Of a stretch of DNA of 64,000 bases, positions 31,203-40,900 are shown one piece after another. The stretch covers positions 130,279 through 194,278 of the IMG/VR virus record IMGVR_UViG_3300044712_000991; one strand, given 5' to 3'. The notes under the pieces were generated by a model. It did no database searches. It saw nothing but the letters and a program-made list of their open reading frames with translations, and was not told the origin of the DNA. This stretch comes from a virus. A program made the translations under genes and the position numbers. How positions within the stretch are numbered: position 1 is the stretch's first letter; the number at the start of each line of letters is the position of its first letter.

Positions 31203-34200
31203 TCACTGGTCGTAACTTGACAGGACATCCCGCCAAAACTCCAAGCTCGCCGCATCGTTGAGATAGTACTGCTTGTACTTCAGGACATCACTCACGAGCG
31301 CCTCTAGTTCCGCAAGCCCCTTCGCCAGATGGTCTCCGATTATCATCTGTACTTGTGTGTCGGACATCGCATCGTATTCGTCGCTGTAGTTACGAAGGTC
31401 TGCCACCATCGCTTCCACCCACTTCTGGGGGTCGGCCTTTACAAGATATGAGTCGATATCATCCATGTTCGGTAGTTCGAAGAGCGTGCTCGCATCAATG
31501 GCGAACATCAGCCATCCACCCGACCGACCCTCGACGGTCATGCCCTTGAACCACGGCTTATCGCCATAGTCCATCTTGATATCCTCAAGATACTGCTCTG
31601 CCTGGTAGCCCATGAAGCGGTCAATCTGCTCTGCACTGAGTTTCCGCTGGATGCTCTTCGGAATCTTCAACTGATAGACCTTGATGTTCACCGCAATCCC
31701 CGAGCCCCCATGGTTGTACCCTCGGTAGTACCTGTCCACAAACTGCTGAACTTGTTTCAAGGCCTCCACGGGATCAACTGGCATGTGCTCCAAGCCCTCG
31801 GCGTGGGTCTTCAGGCTCGCGAGCACACCGGGGTCTCCCGTGTGGCGCTCCCAGAAGTCCATGCTTTCCACCTCATCGATGTACCCCTGGAAGTACGTCT
31901 GCACCTGATACTCTAGTTCATTCAGTTCGGTCACGGCGAACCTCAAGGCCCCCTCGACCTCCTGGAGGATTTTGTGTTCGGGGGGCACACGTTCTGCCCC
32001 TAGTTCCTGCCGGAGTAGATAGGTGTAGGTGTGCAGGAAGTCATCGAAGGACATCGTGAAGTTATCCTCCGTGGTCTGAAGGGGTACACCCTTGTAGAGT
32101 TCGTTATCATCCACCTCAACCATCAGCCATCCATCGGAGCGCCCAACGAAGGCCGCCCCCTGATACCACGGAGCCTCCCCCATAAACTGATCCAAGTTGT
32201 CTCGCGTAGCAATAGCGAACGACCGTAGCGCGGCCTCTATTGTGTCCCCAGACAACCGTTCACGGACTATCTCGGGGATGTTCATCCGTGGGAGTTTCAC
32301 ATTGAACGCCACGCCCTTGGCTCCACTTTCATCCACACGGTAGTGCTTGAGCATGAACTCTTTCCACGCATCGTACAACTTACGCGCATCTTCGACCTCC
32401 ATGATGTCCAACCCCTCTGCGACCGTACGGAGTCCACCGAACTTCAGCCCCTCCTGTGCCTCGGGGGGCAGGAGAGCCTTCTGCGAACGGGTGTCCGTCG
32501 TGGGGGTGTCAGGTGGCATGGAGATGGCCAGTGGCTCCTCCCGCTCCTCCTCCACCCCCATTGGTGTCTGACGGACATCAGCGTTGACGAGCAAGAACGG
32601 ACCGTACCTCCGACTGACAGACCACGGTCCCGTGGAGTTCAAGTACTGTCCATCCTTCTGTGGGAGGAGCGCCTTCACGGCCTTCGGTCCGTTGCCTGTC
32701 CACGCGCCACGGAAACGAATGAAGCGTGCACCCCGCCTGTCCTGTGCGGAGTGCAGAAGCCTGTCGATGCGGATGAGGCTGTTGTTGGTCTGCCATATCT
32801 GCCCGGGGCGAACTGCTCTGCGGAACTCCTCCCATGTGTACTCCCCCTGATGTACAGGAGTGGCCGCTACGACCGTCTGTGTGAGCCCTCCACGGCGAGC
32901 CTTCGGAGCGTACCCCAAGAGCCTCCAGTGGAAGACCTCCCCTGTGTCACGCCGTGTGAAGACCCCACTCTGCCGTAGGCGGGGGTTGTCCGCACGCTTG
33001 AAGCGTTCGATGTCCCGCTTGAGTTCCGCCAAACGCTGTGGATCGTTCTCCAGGCGGTATCCTGGGCGATGACTGATAGACCACCGTACGCGCACCCCAT
33101 CCACTACGAGTTCCCCCTCATCGGGCAATCCATCAGCCTTGTAGTCCTCTAGGGCATCCGCTGTGGTTGACAACCGGAGGGAGGACATGGACAGCAGTTC
33201 ATCCCTGATGTTCTTCAAGTCTGCATCTGTGGTATGCGCGACCACCGTACTCAGCGCACGGAAAGTCTCATCCGTGGCATCCTCGGGTATCTCACGCATT
33301 ATCAAGTTCGCCAAAGCCTCTGCCTCTACAGGTGTAACCTCGCCCCAAATGGATGTGTGGACATCGAAGAGCACATGTTCGGCCTCCGAGTCCTCATCGT
33401 CAAGATCGCTGCCGTAGAGTGTGACATTCAACGGCGGTTGTCCGCCACGATGCTCGATGAAACACCGGAGTCCTGTCTCGGGGCTGAACTCGTTGTACGC
33501 TACGGGCTCCACGATGTTCTTGCGCATGTGCTCCAAGCCCTCAGCCTCCGCGTGCAGCGCGGCCTCGAAGGTGGGCATGGTGAACGGAGCCTCTGGGTCT
33601 TGTATGAGAGGGAGAACATCCGTGAGCCGTAGCGACTCCACGTAGGCCAAGAACTGTGTGAGGCTCTCCGTGAAATCCTGTGGATCAGCCCCTTGGTGTG
33701 TGCGAACCAACTGCTTAATCCGCAGGAACAACCACCACACCAGCACCGTTCCCTGATGGAACGTCAAGATGTTCGATATGTTTGTAACCACCTCTTCGTC
33801 GTACGTCGTGTGATTGGCATTCACAGATACTGTGATACGCAGAACATCCCCCTCATCTGTTGCATCTCCATCATCCGCCAAACGAAGTTCAATACCGTCC
33901 CGCGAGTAGTGGGCGCTGTGTAGAGCGAGGTCACTGATACCCTGCTCCTCCTGTTCCTCCTGCTCGTTCACCACATCCAAACCCTCAGCGAATGTGAAGA
34001 GCCTGGAGGCCATCACGACCGACCGCATGTCCTTCCTCAGGGTGAGCGGGAAGTCCGTAGCTTGGAGCGTATTGGACTGCGTGGGAGTCTTCAGCGAGTT
34101 GTCTGCCGTACGCCACTGCACGCCCTCCATCACGAGCTTGTTGTTGTCCTGCCCCGTGAACTTGAACGCGGGCAGGAGGTGCATGAACGTTCCGTTCTGT

Positions 34201-34436
34201 GCCTGCCATACCTGTCCCACACGGGCCGCCTGGGTGAAGTCCGACATCGTGTTCGCCATCACAGGAGGACCATCCTCCACATGCTCGTTCGGGCTCTGTT
34301 GTGGGGCTGTGGGAGGCGTGCTAGGAGCGGGCGTGGGTGTGACCGCCGTGGGAGGTGCCATACCAAGATCGGCCTCCACAGTGAAACCAACGGGTGGAAG
34401 GTAGGGGAAGAATATGTGTGTCCACGGAGAGTTCAT
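31203..34436 (-). CDS. 1077-aa modular polyprotein with AEGL linkers
   Basis: Linkers TFAEGL, AEAEGL, TTADAL, TVAEGL, THAEGL; last two modules paralogous (GRSDGWL / GRSGGWL). Confidence 0.85.
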   Translation of the reverse strand: MNSPWTHIFFPYLPPVGFTVEADLGMAPPTAVTPTPAPSTPPTAPQQSPNEHVEDGPPVMANTMSDFTQAARVGQVWQAQNGTFMHLLPAFKFTGQDNNKLVMEGVQWRTADNSLKTPTQSNTLQATDFPLTLRKDMRSVVMASRLFTFAEGLDVVNEQEEQEEQGISDLALHSAHYSRDGIELRLADDGDATDEGDVLRITVSVNANHTTYDEEVVTNISNILTFHQGTVLVWWLFLRIKQLVRTHQGADPQDFTESLTQFLAYVESLRLTDVLPLIQDPEAPFTMPTFEAALHAEAEGLEHMRKNIVEPVAYNEFSPETGLRCFIEHRGGQPPLNVTLYGSDLDDEDSEAEHVLFDVHTSIWGEVTPVEAEALANLIMREIPEDATDETFRALSTVVAHTTDADLKNIRDELLSMSSLRLSTTADALEDYKADGLPDEGELVVDGVRVRWSISHRPGYRLENDPQRLAELKRDIERFKRADNPRLRQSGVFTRRDTGEVFHWRLLGYAPKARRGGLTQTVVAATPVHQGEYTWEEFRRAVRPGQIWQTNNSLIRIDRLLHSAQDRRGARFIRFRGAWTGNGPKAVKALLPQKDGQYLNSTGPWSVSRRYGPFLLVNADVRQTPMGVEEEREEPLAISMPPDTPTTDTRSQKALLPPEAQEGLKFGGLRTVAEGLDIMEVEDARKLYDAWKEFMLKHYRVDESGAKGVAFNVKLPRMNIPEIVRERLSGDTIEAALRSFAIATRDNLDQFMGEAPWYQGAAFVGRSDGWLMVEVDDNELYKGVPLQTTEDNFTMSFDDFLHTYTYLLRQELGAERVPPEHKILQEVEGALRFAVTELNELEYQVQTYFQGYIDEVESMDFWERHTGDPGVLASLKTHAEGLEHMPVDPVEALKQVQQFVDRYYRGYNHGGSGIAVNIKVYQLKIPKSIQRKLSAEQIDRFMGYQAEQYLEDIKMDYGDKPWFKGMTVEGRSGGWLMFAIDASTLFELPNMDDIDSYLVKADPQKWVEAMVADLRNYSDEYDAMSDTQVQMIIGDHLAKGLAELEALVSDVLKYKQYYLNDAASLEFWRDVLSSYDQ

Positions 34437-34442
34437 ACGGAC

Positions 34443-37400
34443 CTATGCCTTTTCTTCTTGCGTACGCTCATGATCGAGCACCAACTGAGGGATGAACGCC
34501 GTGACAAACCGTACATCCGACCACCTGTCTGCCATGGGGCGGGCACTCCCATCGTACCCGCTCTGGGCGAACAGGGTGTCCTTGTCGTACCCGAACTTCC
34601 CGTGCACATGCCCCAGCACGGGGTCGGTATCCAAAATATGAACGAAGCGAGTCACTTTTTTACCTGCAAGCGGTCCCTGTCCCTCCCGCACGAACGACCA
34701 TATCTGCCCGGGGCGTGCGTACTGGAAGAAGGTATTCGGATCGCACTGCTTGTTCTGCAAGTACGCGTGCCAATCGGACTCCACCTGCAACTCGTGCGAC
34801 TGCGATTGCGGCAGCAGAAGCGCTTGCGACTGTGAAGCGGTAGTGGTGTGCGACACTACAGCATCCCACGCTTCGCTCGCTGGACCCTCGTAGATGATCT
34901 GGAAGTTCTCCACGCGTATACGGGGTTGGGTGCTGATAGTCCACTTCTCAATGGCCACATTGTCATTGGGCTTCCGATTGGTCTCAAGGTACTCCCTGAG
35001 CCACTCCCGTGTGGCGGCGGTCAGATACAGGAAGCTCACATTGTTGAACGATACCCTCATCCAACCCTTGAGGAGCAGGAAGATGTACCCACTCTCGGAG
35101 AACCGCCCGAACTCCTCCGTGTAATGCATGTGCGCAATCTCATCAGCTTCCATGTCGTGCGAGTGAGCGACCTCTACTGTTTCGCCCTTGTCAGACACCC
35201 AGGCTGAGGGGTCCATCTCGTACGAGGTGGTCGTGAGGCTTCCTCGACGTGCTTGCTGTCGCTCGTGAAACTCATCGTACAGCGCGTTCGCCTTAGCCAC
35301 CTCGGCCTCGACCTTGCTCTCATCCCACGGCATCATCTCCGATGGTGTAAGAGTCTGGTCTGTAGTTGTGCCTGCCGTGAAGTCGGGGTTGTCCTGAAAG
35401 TGCACCCTATAGAGGACACCCTCGTCGGGCAACCTACAGGTCTCGTTGATTTTTTTGAGTTTTATCTTCTGGGTTCTTCCACGATATACGCGCATGATCT
35501 CCCCAGGCATACCTGCATAGAACTTAGTGTGCCATGGGTATGGCCAGTGCTCCGCCGAGGCGCTCACATTGAGCATCACCTTCTGTCCCAACTGAAACTC
35601 TCCCGACATATCCGAGAGGAGTTCTCCCCGCGCACTCAGATCACTCTCGAACACCACATGCTCGGGACATACCTCATCCCCACCATCGAGGCACATCCAC
35701 CCCTGCCACACAGGTTCATGGCAAATAGCGCACGATGAGGCAGCCGCACCATCATCCCCAGGATCAACGGTCTCTAGGTCAAACTCTATCCACTGCGCCC
35801 CATGCTGATCGGTCCCGCTCTTGCGTGAGATGCCCTGAATGTTATGGAGCACGATCTCATCGGGGAACACATCGGGCTCCTCCTGCATGGTGTCCAGACC
35901 CTCAGCAGTCTTGGGGAACCGTAGATCAAGCGCGGTCTTTCTAGATGTCTGCCACACAGCACTCGATGGATTCTCTCCTTCGAACTCCTGCATGAAAACC
36001 GCGTTGTCTACGAACAAGAACTGCCTGGTGTTTTTCAAATCTTGAAGCATATACCCCAACCGTTGTCCGTAATCATGTAGCACCCGCTCATACTTCTCGG
36101 GTGACAACTTCGAGAGCATTCTCGGTCGCACGGAGTCAAAGAATCTCACAGTCACATCCATCGGGGGTTCCACGTAGGACAACATTTCCTCTAGTGTTCC
36201 CTTACTCACGAACGCGTAGTGCTTCCCCGTAGCGGTGTGTATGATGTCTGTCATCTGGGACAGCATCTCCGAGGTCTTCTGGAACCCGAGGTTCATCGAG
36301 GTCACGACATCCCGCAGTTCCTCCGTGGGGAGCGCCACCCACCCCGAGGTGCCCTCCTGCTCCTGCCGCCAGTTCTGCACCCACACCGCATCGGGTTCGT
36401 CCTTGAAGTACACCCGTTTACCCCGTGCATCCGTCTGAAGGTAGCCCTTGTAGCCCAGGCGTGAGGCGTTCTGGTCGAACTCGGGGGTCTCCGTTGATCC
36501 CGCGCCTCGGAAGGAGTACTGCCCATCATCGTACGTGAAGAACGACAGGTATTCCGAGGAGGTCTTCTGCATGCCCTCGAAGGTCATCCCCGAGTAGATG
36601 TCGGGTCGCAGGTCACGCTCGGTCTTCGGCTGATCAGGTGGTACGACCTGGGGATTCATGGGAGTCCAGTCAGTGAATGAATACTGGTCAGGATCGGGCT
36701 TCTGCCTCGGCTCCGGCCAGTGGGCTGGGGCGTAGAACATCCGCTCATTGTACGGTGCTTGCTCCGCATCCTCATCCTCCATACGCTTGAGGAGGTACGT
36801 CAGAACTTCGTACTCCGAGAGGCTTGCCCTGTCGAAGGAGAACCACCCGTTGGTCATCACGTACGACAGGTACGTCTCGGGCTGAGGTGGATTGAATTCA
36901 TCGTTATTTCCATCCCGCTCCATCTCCTCCATCACATCCTTGTTGGAGAATATTTCATCCCACGTGAAGAACTCCCCACTCCAGTCGTACATCAACGGTG
37001 GCTCATCAAAGTCCTTGTACTCCGGGAGTTCTACCCCCTGATAGGCGTAGACCATGATGCCCTTTGCGAAGCGCTTGCAGTAGTAGACCTCCTCGAAGTC
37101 AGACCCACTACCGTTGTCGGACAGGATTTCCCACTCATGGCTCTGAATGTACGACCTGAAGAACTTCCGCATGTGCTTCGCGAGCTCGGCGTTCTTCGCG
37201 AACTCATGCTCCTTCTCCAACTTCCAGAGCTCGTACGCTTTTTCCTTCTGCTCATGGGCTTCCCGCATCTCCTGCGGGGTCATCCCGAGGTACTGATTCT
37301 GCCTGAGCGCTCCCGGGCGTTTCTCCGAGGACTCCACACCTTCATACTCAGGAGGTGCCTCAAACTCAGGGTGCTCGGACTCCATGGCGAGCATCTTCGC

Positions 37401-37997
37401 CTTCCAGTCCGCATGCGCAGGATCGATTTCATCTAGGAGTTCCCCCAAGTGCTTCAGGGGACCCTCGTGGGGTTCCCCGAGGTAGAGTTCGACCTGTCCC
37501 TCGTAACTGATGCTCATGGAGGTCGGTAAGACCCACGTCTTGCCCCCCACTTCGATGAAGATAGTCCCATTGCGAGACCCCTCGGAGCGGGAGAACCTGT
37601 GATACAGCCGACAGTGGATACCCGCCCAGTTCAGCCACTGCTCAATCTGTTTTGCGGTGGTCACTGAGTTCCATCCGCCCGTACGCAGGACAACCCCATC
37701 GTTGGGAGTGAAGTTCACAATGGGCGTACTGTGGTAGATGACCTGCACACCTATCTCGGGCGTGTAGTCCACCTGTATGTTCTGCGCGGAGAGCCCTGCG
37801 GGGTAACTCGTTTTGCGCTGGATGCGCACCCTGCTCCTGAAGGTATCCCGCTGCTGTGTATCGAGGTTCACCACATCGAAGAACGTACTGAACACCTTCT
37901 GAAAGATGGGGTGTGTCCCCATCATAGGATCGAGCGCTTGGAGACCTTCGGCGTACGCACGAAGACCCGAGGTTGCTATGAACTTCAAATTATCCAC
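34443..37997 (-). CDS. ~1184-aa modular polyprotein; GTG start at 37997 inferred
   Basis: GGGAG SD 7 nt before a GTG that overlaps the upstream stop; linkers AYAEGL, KTSEML, KTAEGL; N-module YHSTPIV...LRTGGWNSVTT. Confidence 0.8.
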   Translation of the reverse strand: MDNLKFIATSGLRAYAEGLQALDPMMGTHPIFQKVFSTFFDVVNLDTQQRDTFRSRVRIQRKTSYPAGLSAQNIQVDYTPEIGVQVIYHSTPIVNFTPNDGVVLRTGGWNSVTTAKQIEQWLNWAGIHCRLYHRFSRSEGSRNGTIFIEVGGKTWVLPTSMSISYEGQVELYLGEPHEGPLKHLGELLDEIDPAHADWKAKMLAMESEHPEFEAPPEYEGVESSEKRPGALRQNQYLGMTPQEMREAHEQKEKAYELWKLEKEHEFAKNAELAKHMRKFFRSYIQSHEWEILSDNGSGSDFEEVYYCKRFAKGIMVYAYQGVELPEYKDFDEPPLMYDWSGEFFTWDEIFSNKDVMEEMERDGNNDEFNPPQPETYLSYVMTNGWFSFDRASLSEYEVLTYLLKRMEDEDAEQAPYNERMFYAPAHWPEPRQKPDPDQYSFTDWTPMNPQVVPPDQPKTERDLRPDIYSGMTFEGMQKTSSEYLSFFTYDDGQYSFRGAGSTETPEFDQNASRLGYKGYLQTDARGKRVYFKDEPDAVWVQNWRQEQEGTSGWVALPTEELRDVVTSMNLGFQKTSEMLSQMTDIIHTATGKHYAFVSKGTLEEMLSYVEPPMDVTVRFFDSVRPRMLSKLSPEKYERVLHDYGQRLGYMLQDLKNTRQFLFVDNAVFMQEFEGENPSSAVWQTSRKTALDLRFPKTAEGLDTMQEEPDVFPDEIVLHNIQGISRKSGTDQHGAQWIEFDLETVDPGDDGAAASSCAICHEPVWQGWMCLDGGDEVCPEHVVFESDLSARGELLSDMSGEFQLGQKVMLNVSASAEHWPYPWHTKFYAGMPGEIMRVYRGRTQKIKLKKINETCRLPDEGVLYRVHFQDNPDFTAGTTTDQTLTPSEMMPWDESKVEAEVAKANALYDEFHERQQARRGSLTTTSYEMDPSAWVSDKGETVEVAHSHDMEADEIAHMHYTEEFGRFSESGYIFLLLKGWMRVSFNNVSFLYLTAATREWLREYLETNRKPNDNVAIEKWTISTQPRIRVENFQIIYEGPASEAWDAVVSHTTTASQSQALLLPQSQSHELQVESDWHAYLQNKQCDPNTFFQYARPGQIWSFVREGQGPLAGKKVTRFVHILDTDPVLGHVHGKFGYDKDTLFAQSGYDGSARPMADRWSDVRFVTAFIPQLVLDHERTQEEKA

Positions 37998-40900
37998 GGA
38001 AACGCTCCCGGATGTCTTCCAGTTTCTGTTTGAGTACAGCAGGGGAGAAGGACTCCAAGGGAATGAGCCCCGTGCTTCCCGTTGTTTTCTCTGTGACCAC
38101 CACGAACGATCCATGGGAGGGCGTACGCTGTATACCGTTGAAGGTCGCCCCCTCGGCCTCCACGATCGCCCTAAGATTCTCCTCCGCTGCCCCCGCGCCG
38201 AGTTCCAGTCCAGCTTGTACAGCAGGAATGTCTAGCGTTAACAGGGTCTCCCCTGTGGGGGCATACATCGCGAACGTTAAGAGTCCCGATGAGGAGTCAA
38301 CTCCAATAAGTTGGTAACGCGAGGCACGCACAACATCCACCGCGTGGGCACCGAACTTATGCATAAATTCTTGGCGTGCATGTGTCTGCACGTACTTCTG
38401 CACGGTCTCGAAGAGGGAGCCCTGTGCGTAGAACTGGAAGAACTGCCCACGGAGCCCACGGTACGCACGCGTACTCGTGGTGTCCATCGTCTCCTGCACG
38501 GCCTTGGGAGTCAGCGGTTCGGTCGTGGTACCCGCCTCAAGCCAGTCCTTGAACTGCTGAATGGTCAGCGCGTGCCCATCGATCGTACCGCCCTGCTGCT
38601 CCAGCCAGTCCTTCTCATAGTTCGAGAGGTACTCCTTGATGGCATCCTCTTCGTTGTGGGTGCCCATGACCACCTTGTGCTCATCGAACCCCCGACCACC
38701 CTTGCGCTTCTGGTTCACGACGTACACGAACTCACTGTCGTGGTGCTCTCCCACGACCACATCGAGCTCATCCTTGTCCTTCCCGCGTACGCCCTTGATG
38801 TACCCATAGTCCGAGTGCATCTCCTGCGACCACTCGTGACCATCCCTGTCCTTCCCACACCGCGTACTCCCCTTGGGGTTCTCGATCACGATATCAAGCC
38901 CATGGAGCCGCACATGACCCTTCTTGTAGTTCCCCGCCTCGATCTGGGCCTCAGAGGGCTCGGTCTCCACATCTTGGTCGGCCACGAGAGAATCCTCGTG
39001 CACATCAGCAAACTTGAGCGATGTCGTCTTTGTCAGCGTCTCATGTACAACAGGTAGCTCTTCTACAGATGATACACCGTGTGGAACTTCTGGATCATAC
39101 CATTTCCCCCCGTAATGTAGCACCGCATGTGGGCAGAAAAACTCACCCTCCATGGAGTACTTCGCATCCGTTTCGTCCAACCACACAATGTCACCCTCTC
39201 CCAACGCATTCTTAGCGGCTTCTGCCCACACTTCGCACCAACCTGTAGCGATATGCCACGGGGTGGGTCGCGTGTGTACGGGCGTACCCCCCATCTGGGG
39301 ATACCACCCCTCCTGTTGCATACGATCTAGAATTCGCTCAGTAACAGCACGCAAGGTCGTCTCCACGCCCTGCCCGTGCACGAGCGACTTGGGGTCTACC
39401 GCACCCGCAGCACGCATCTGACGCCGTTTGAGTCCCTCTATGACCGCATCCGCTACCGCCCGCAGTTCATCTACCGTGAAGCCAACAAGATGATACCCGT
39501 ACTGTGTTTCTTCGTTGAGTGTCATGTCAGTGTTTTCGTAGTACGTGAAGTACGAATCATCCGCACCTCCCACATCCTCCGTTGCACCCTCATCGAGCAA
39601 GTAACGCCCCACGACCTGCCCAATGTAATCCGTGATAGACCCCCCGAAATCCAGGTAGTCCTCCAGATCAAAATTGAACTCCTCTCCCTCTTCGTTCTGC
39701 CAACCAGAGTCCGAGAAGTCTCCCGTTTCGGCGCTCTCCGGGGTGGTCTTGGTGTACGAGATACGAACCTTCTTTCCCTGTGTAGCACGCTCGAAGTCCG
39801 TACCGTTCATGACATCCAGACCTTCAGCGAAGGTGAAGAGCGAGGCTCTCCTACGCGGGAGACCACGCTTGGAGCCAAAGAATGTGTTGCTCCTCAGGAG
39901 GAACGGTCCCCTTGCCGCGCTTACGGTCACCATGGATGACCTCCACGGTATCTCCTGGGGGTTCTGCGCAGTGGCATCACCCCACGCCGCACCCTTGATA
40001 GTCACGGTATCCGTAACGTTATCTATCGAAAAGGGCACACCGTGTACACCGTTCCACGCGATGACCACCTCAGGATCGAAGATGTACAGCAGGTGGTTAC
40101 CGACCTCCCACACCTGGCGGGGGGCGAGTTTGCGCAGGAAGTCCACCCATGTGTAGGTCTGACCCACCTCGGGCTCCACGGTACCCAAGCCTTCGGCGTG
40201 CGTACTGAGCGAGCCCTGCTGTCTGCGCATCCACCGCTTCTTCGTCCGCTCATCCTTGAAGAACGAGTTGCTGATCAGTTTGTACGGGCCACGGTCGAGA
40301 ATAAGCCCCCTGTACCCACCTGGAGGTACAACCAAAACCCGCCCTTCCTCTGGTACGGCCAGCCACACCCCCCGAGCTATCTTCACCCGATCACACACCT
40401 CTGGCATCGTGAGCGCAGTATCTGGAGAAAATGGATGTGTTTCATCATCCATGTCGTACGCATCGATAATTGTCCCATTATATATGCATGCGTACATCGC
40501 ATCGGGGGACTCTACATCCTCCCACACCTGCCCAGGGCGAAGGCTCTTCAAGAACTCCGCCCACTCGTAGGTCTGACCCTCCTGGAGTGCGTTCTCCATG
40601 ACCTCCAAGCCCTCAGCGAAAGTGAAGAGCGAGGTGTTGGTATGGAGTGTCTCGGGTCCCATATCATTATGAATATCCCGTGCATCCCCAGGTAGATCAG
40701 TGAAGAACGTGACCCCCAAATCCTTTTTGAGGTTGTGAAACTCATAGTACTGCAACATGGGATGCCAGAGCACAATAACTGGATCATCGGGCATCATCTG
40801 ATAAAACGCGTCCGTCCCCACATGATAATGCTCTTTGAACTTCGTCATCGACAGCATTTTATCTCGGGGGTACACCCCCTCCACCTCATACTGCTGAATG

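Noticed and set aside
37998-38114. ATG at 38114 as start of the 1223-aa ORF
   Set aside because: It overlaps the upstream CDS by 125 nt; the GTG at 37997 has an SD and yields the typical N-terminal linker.
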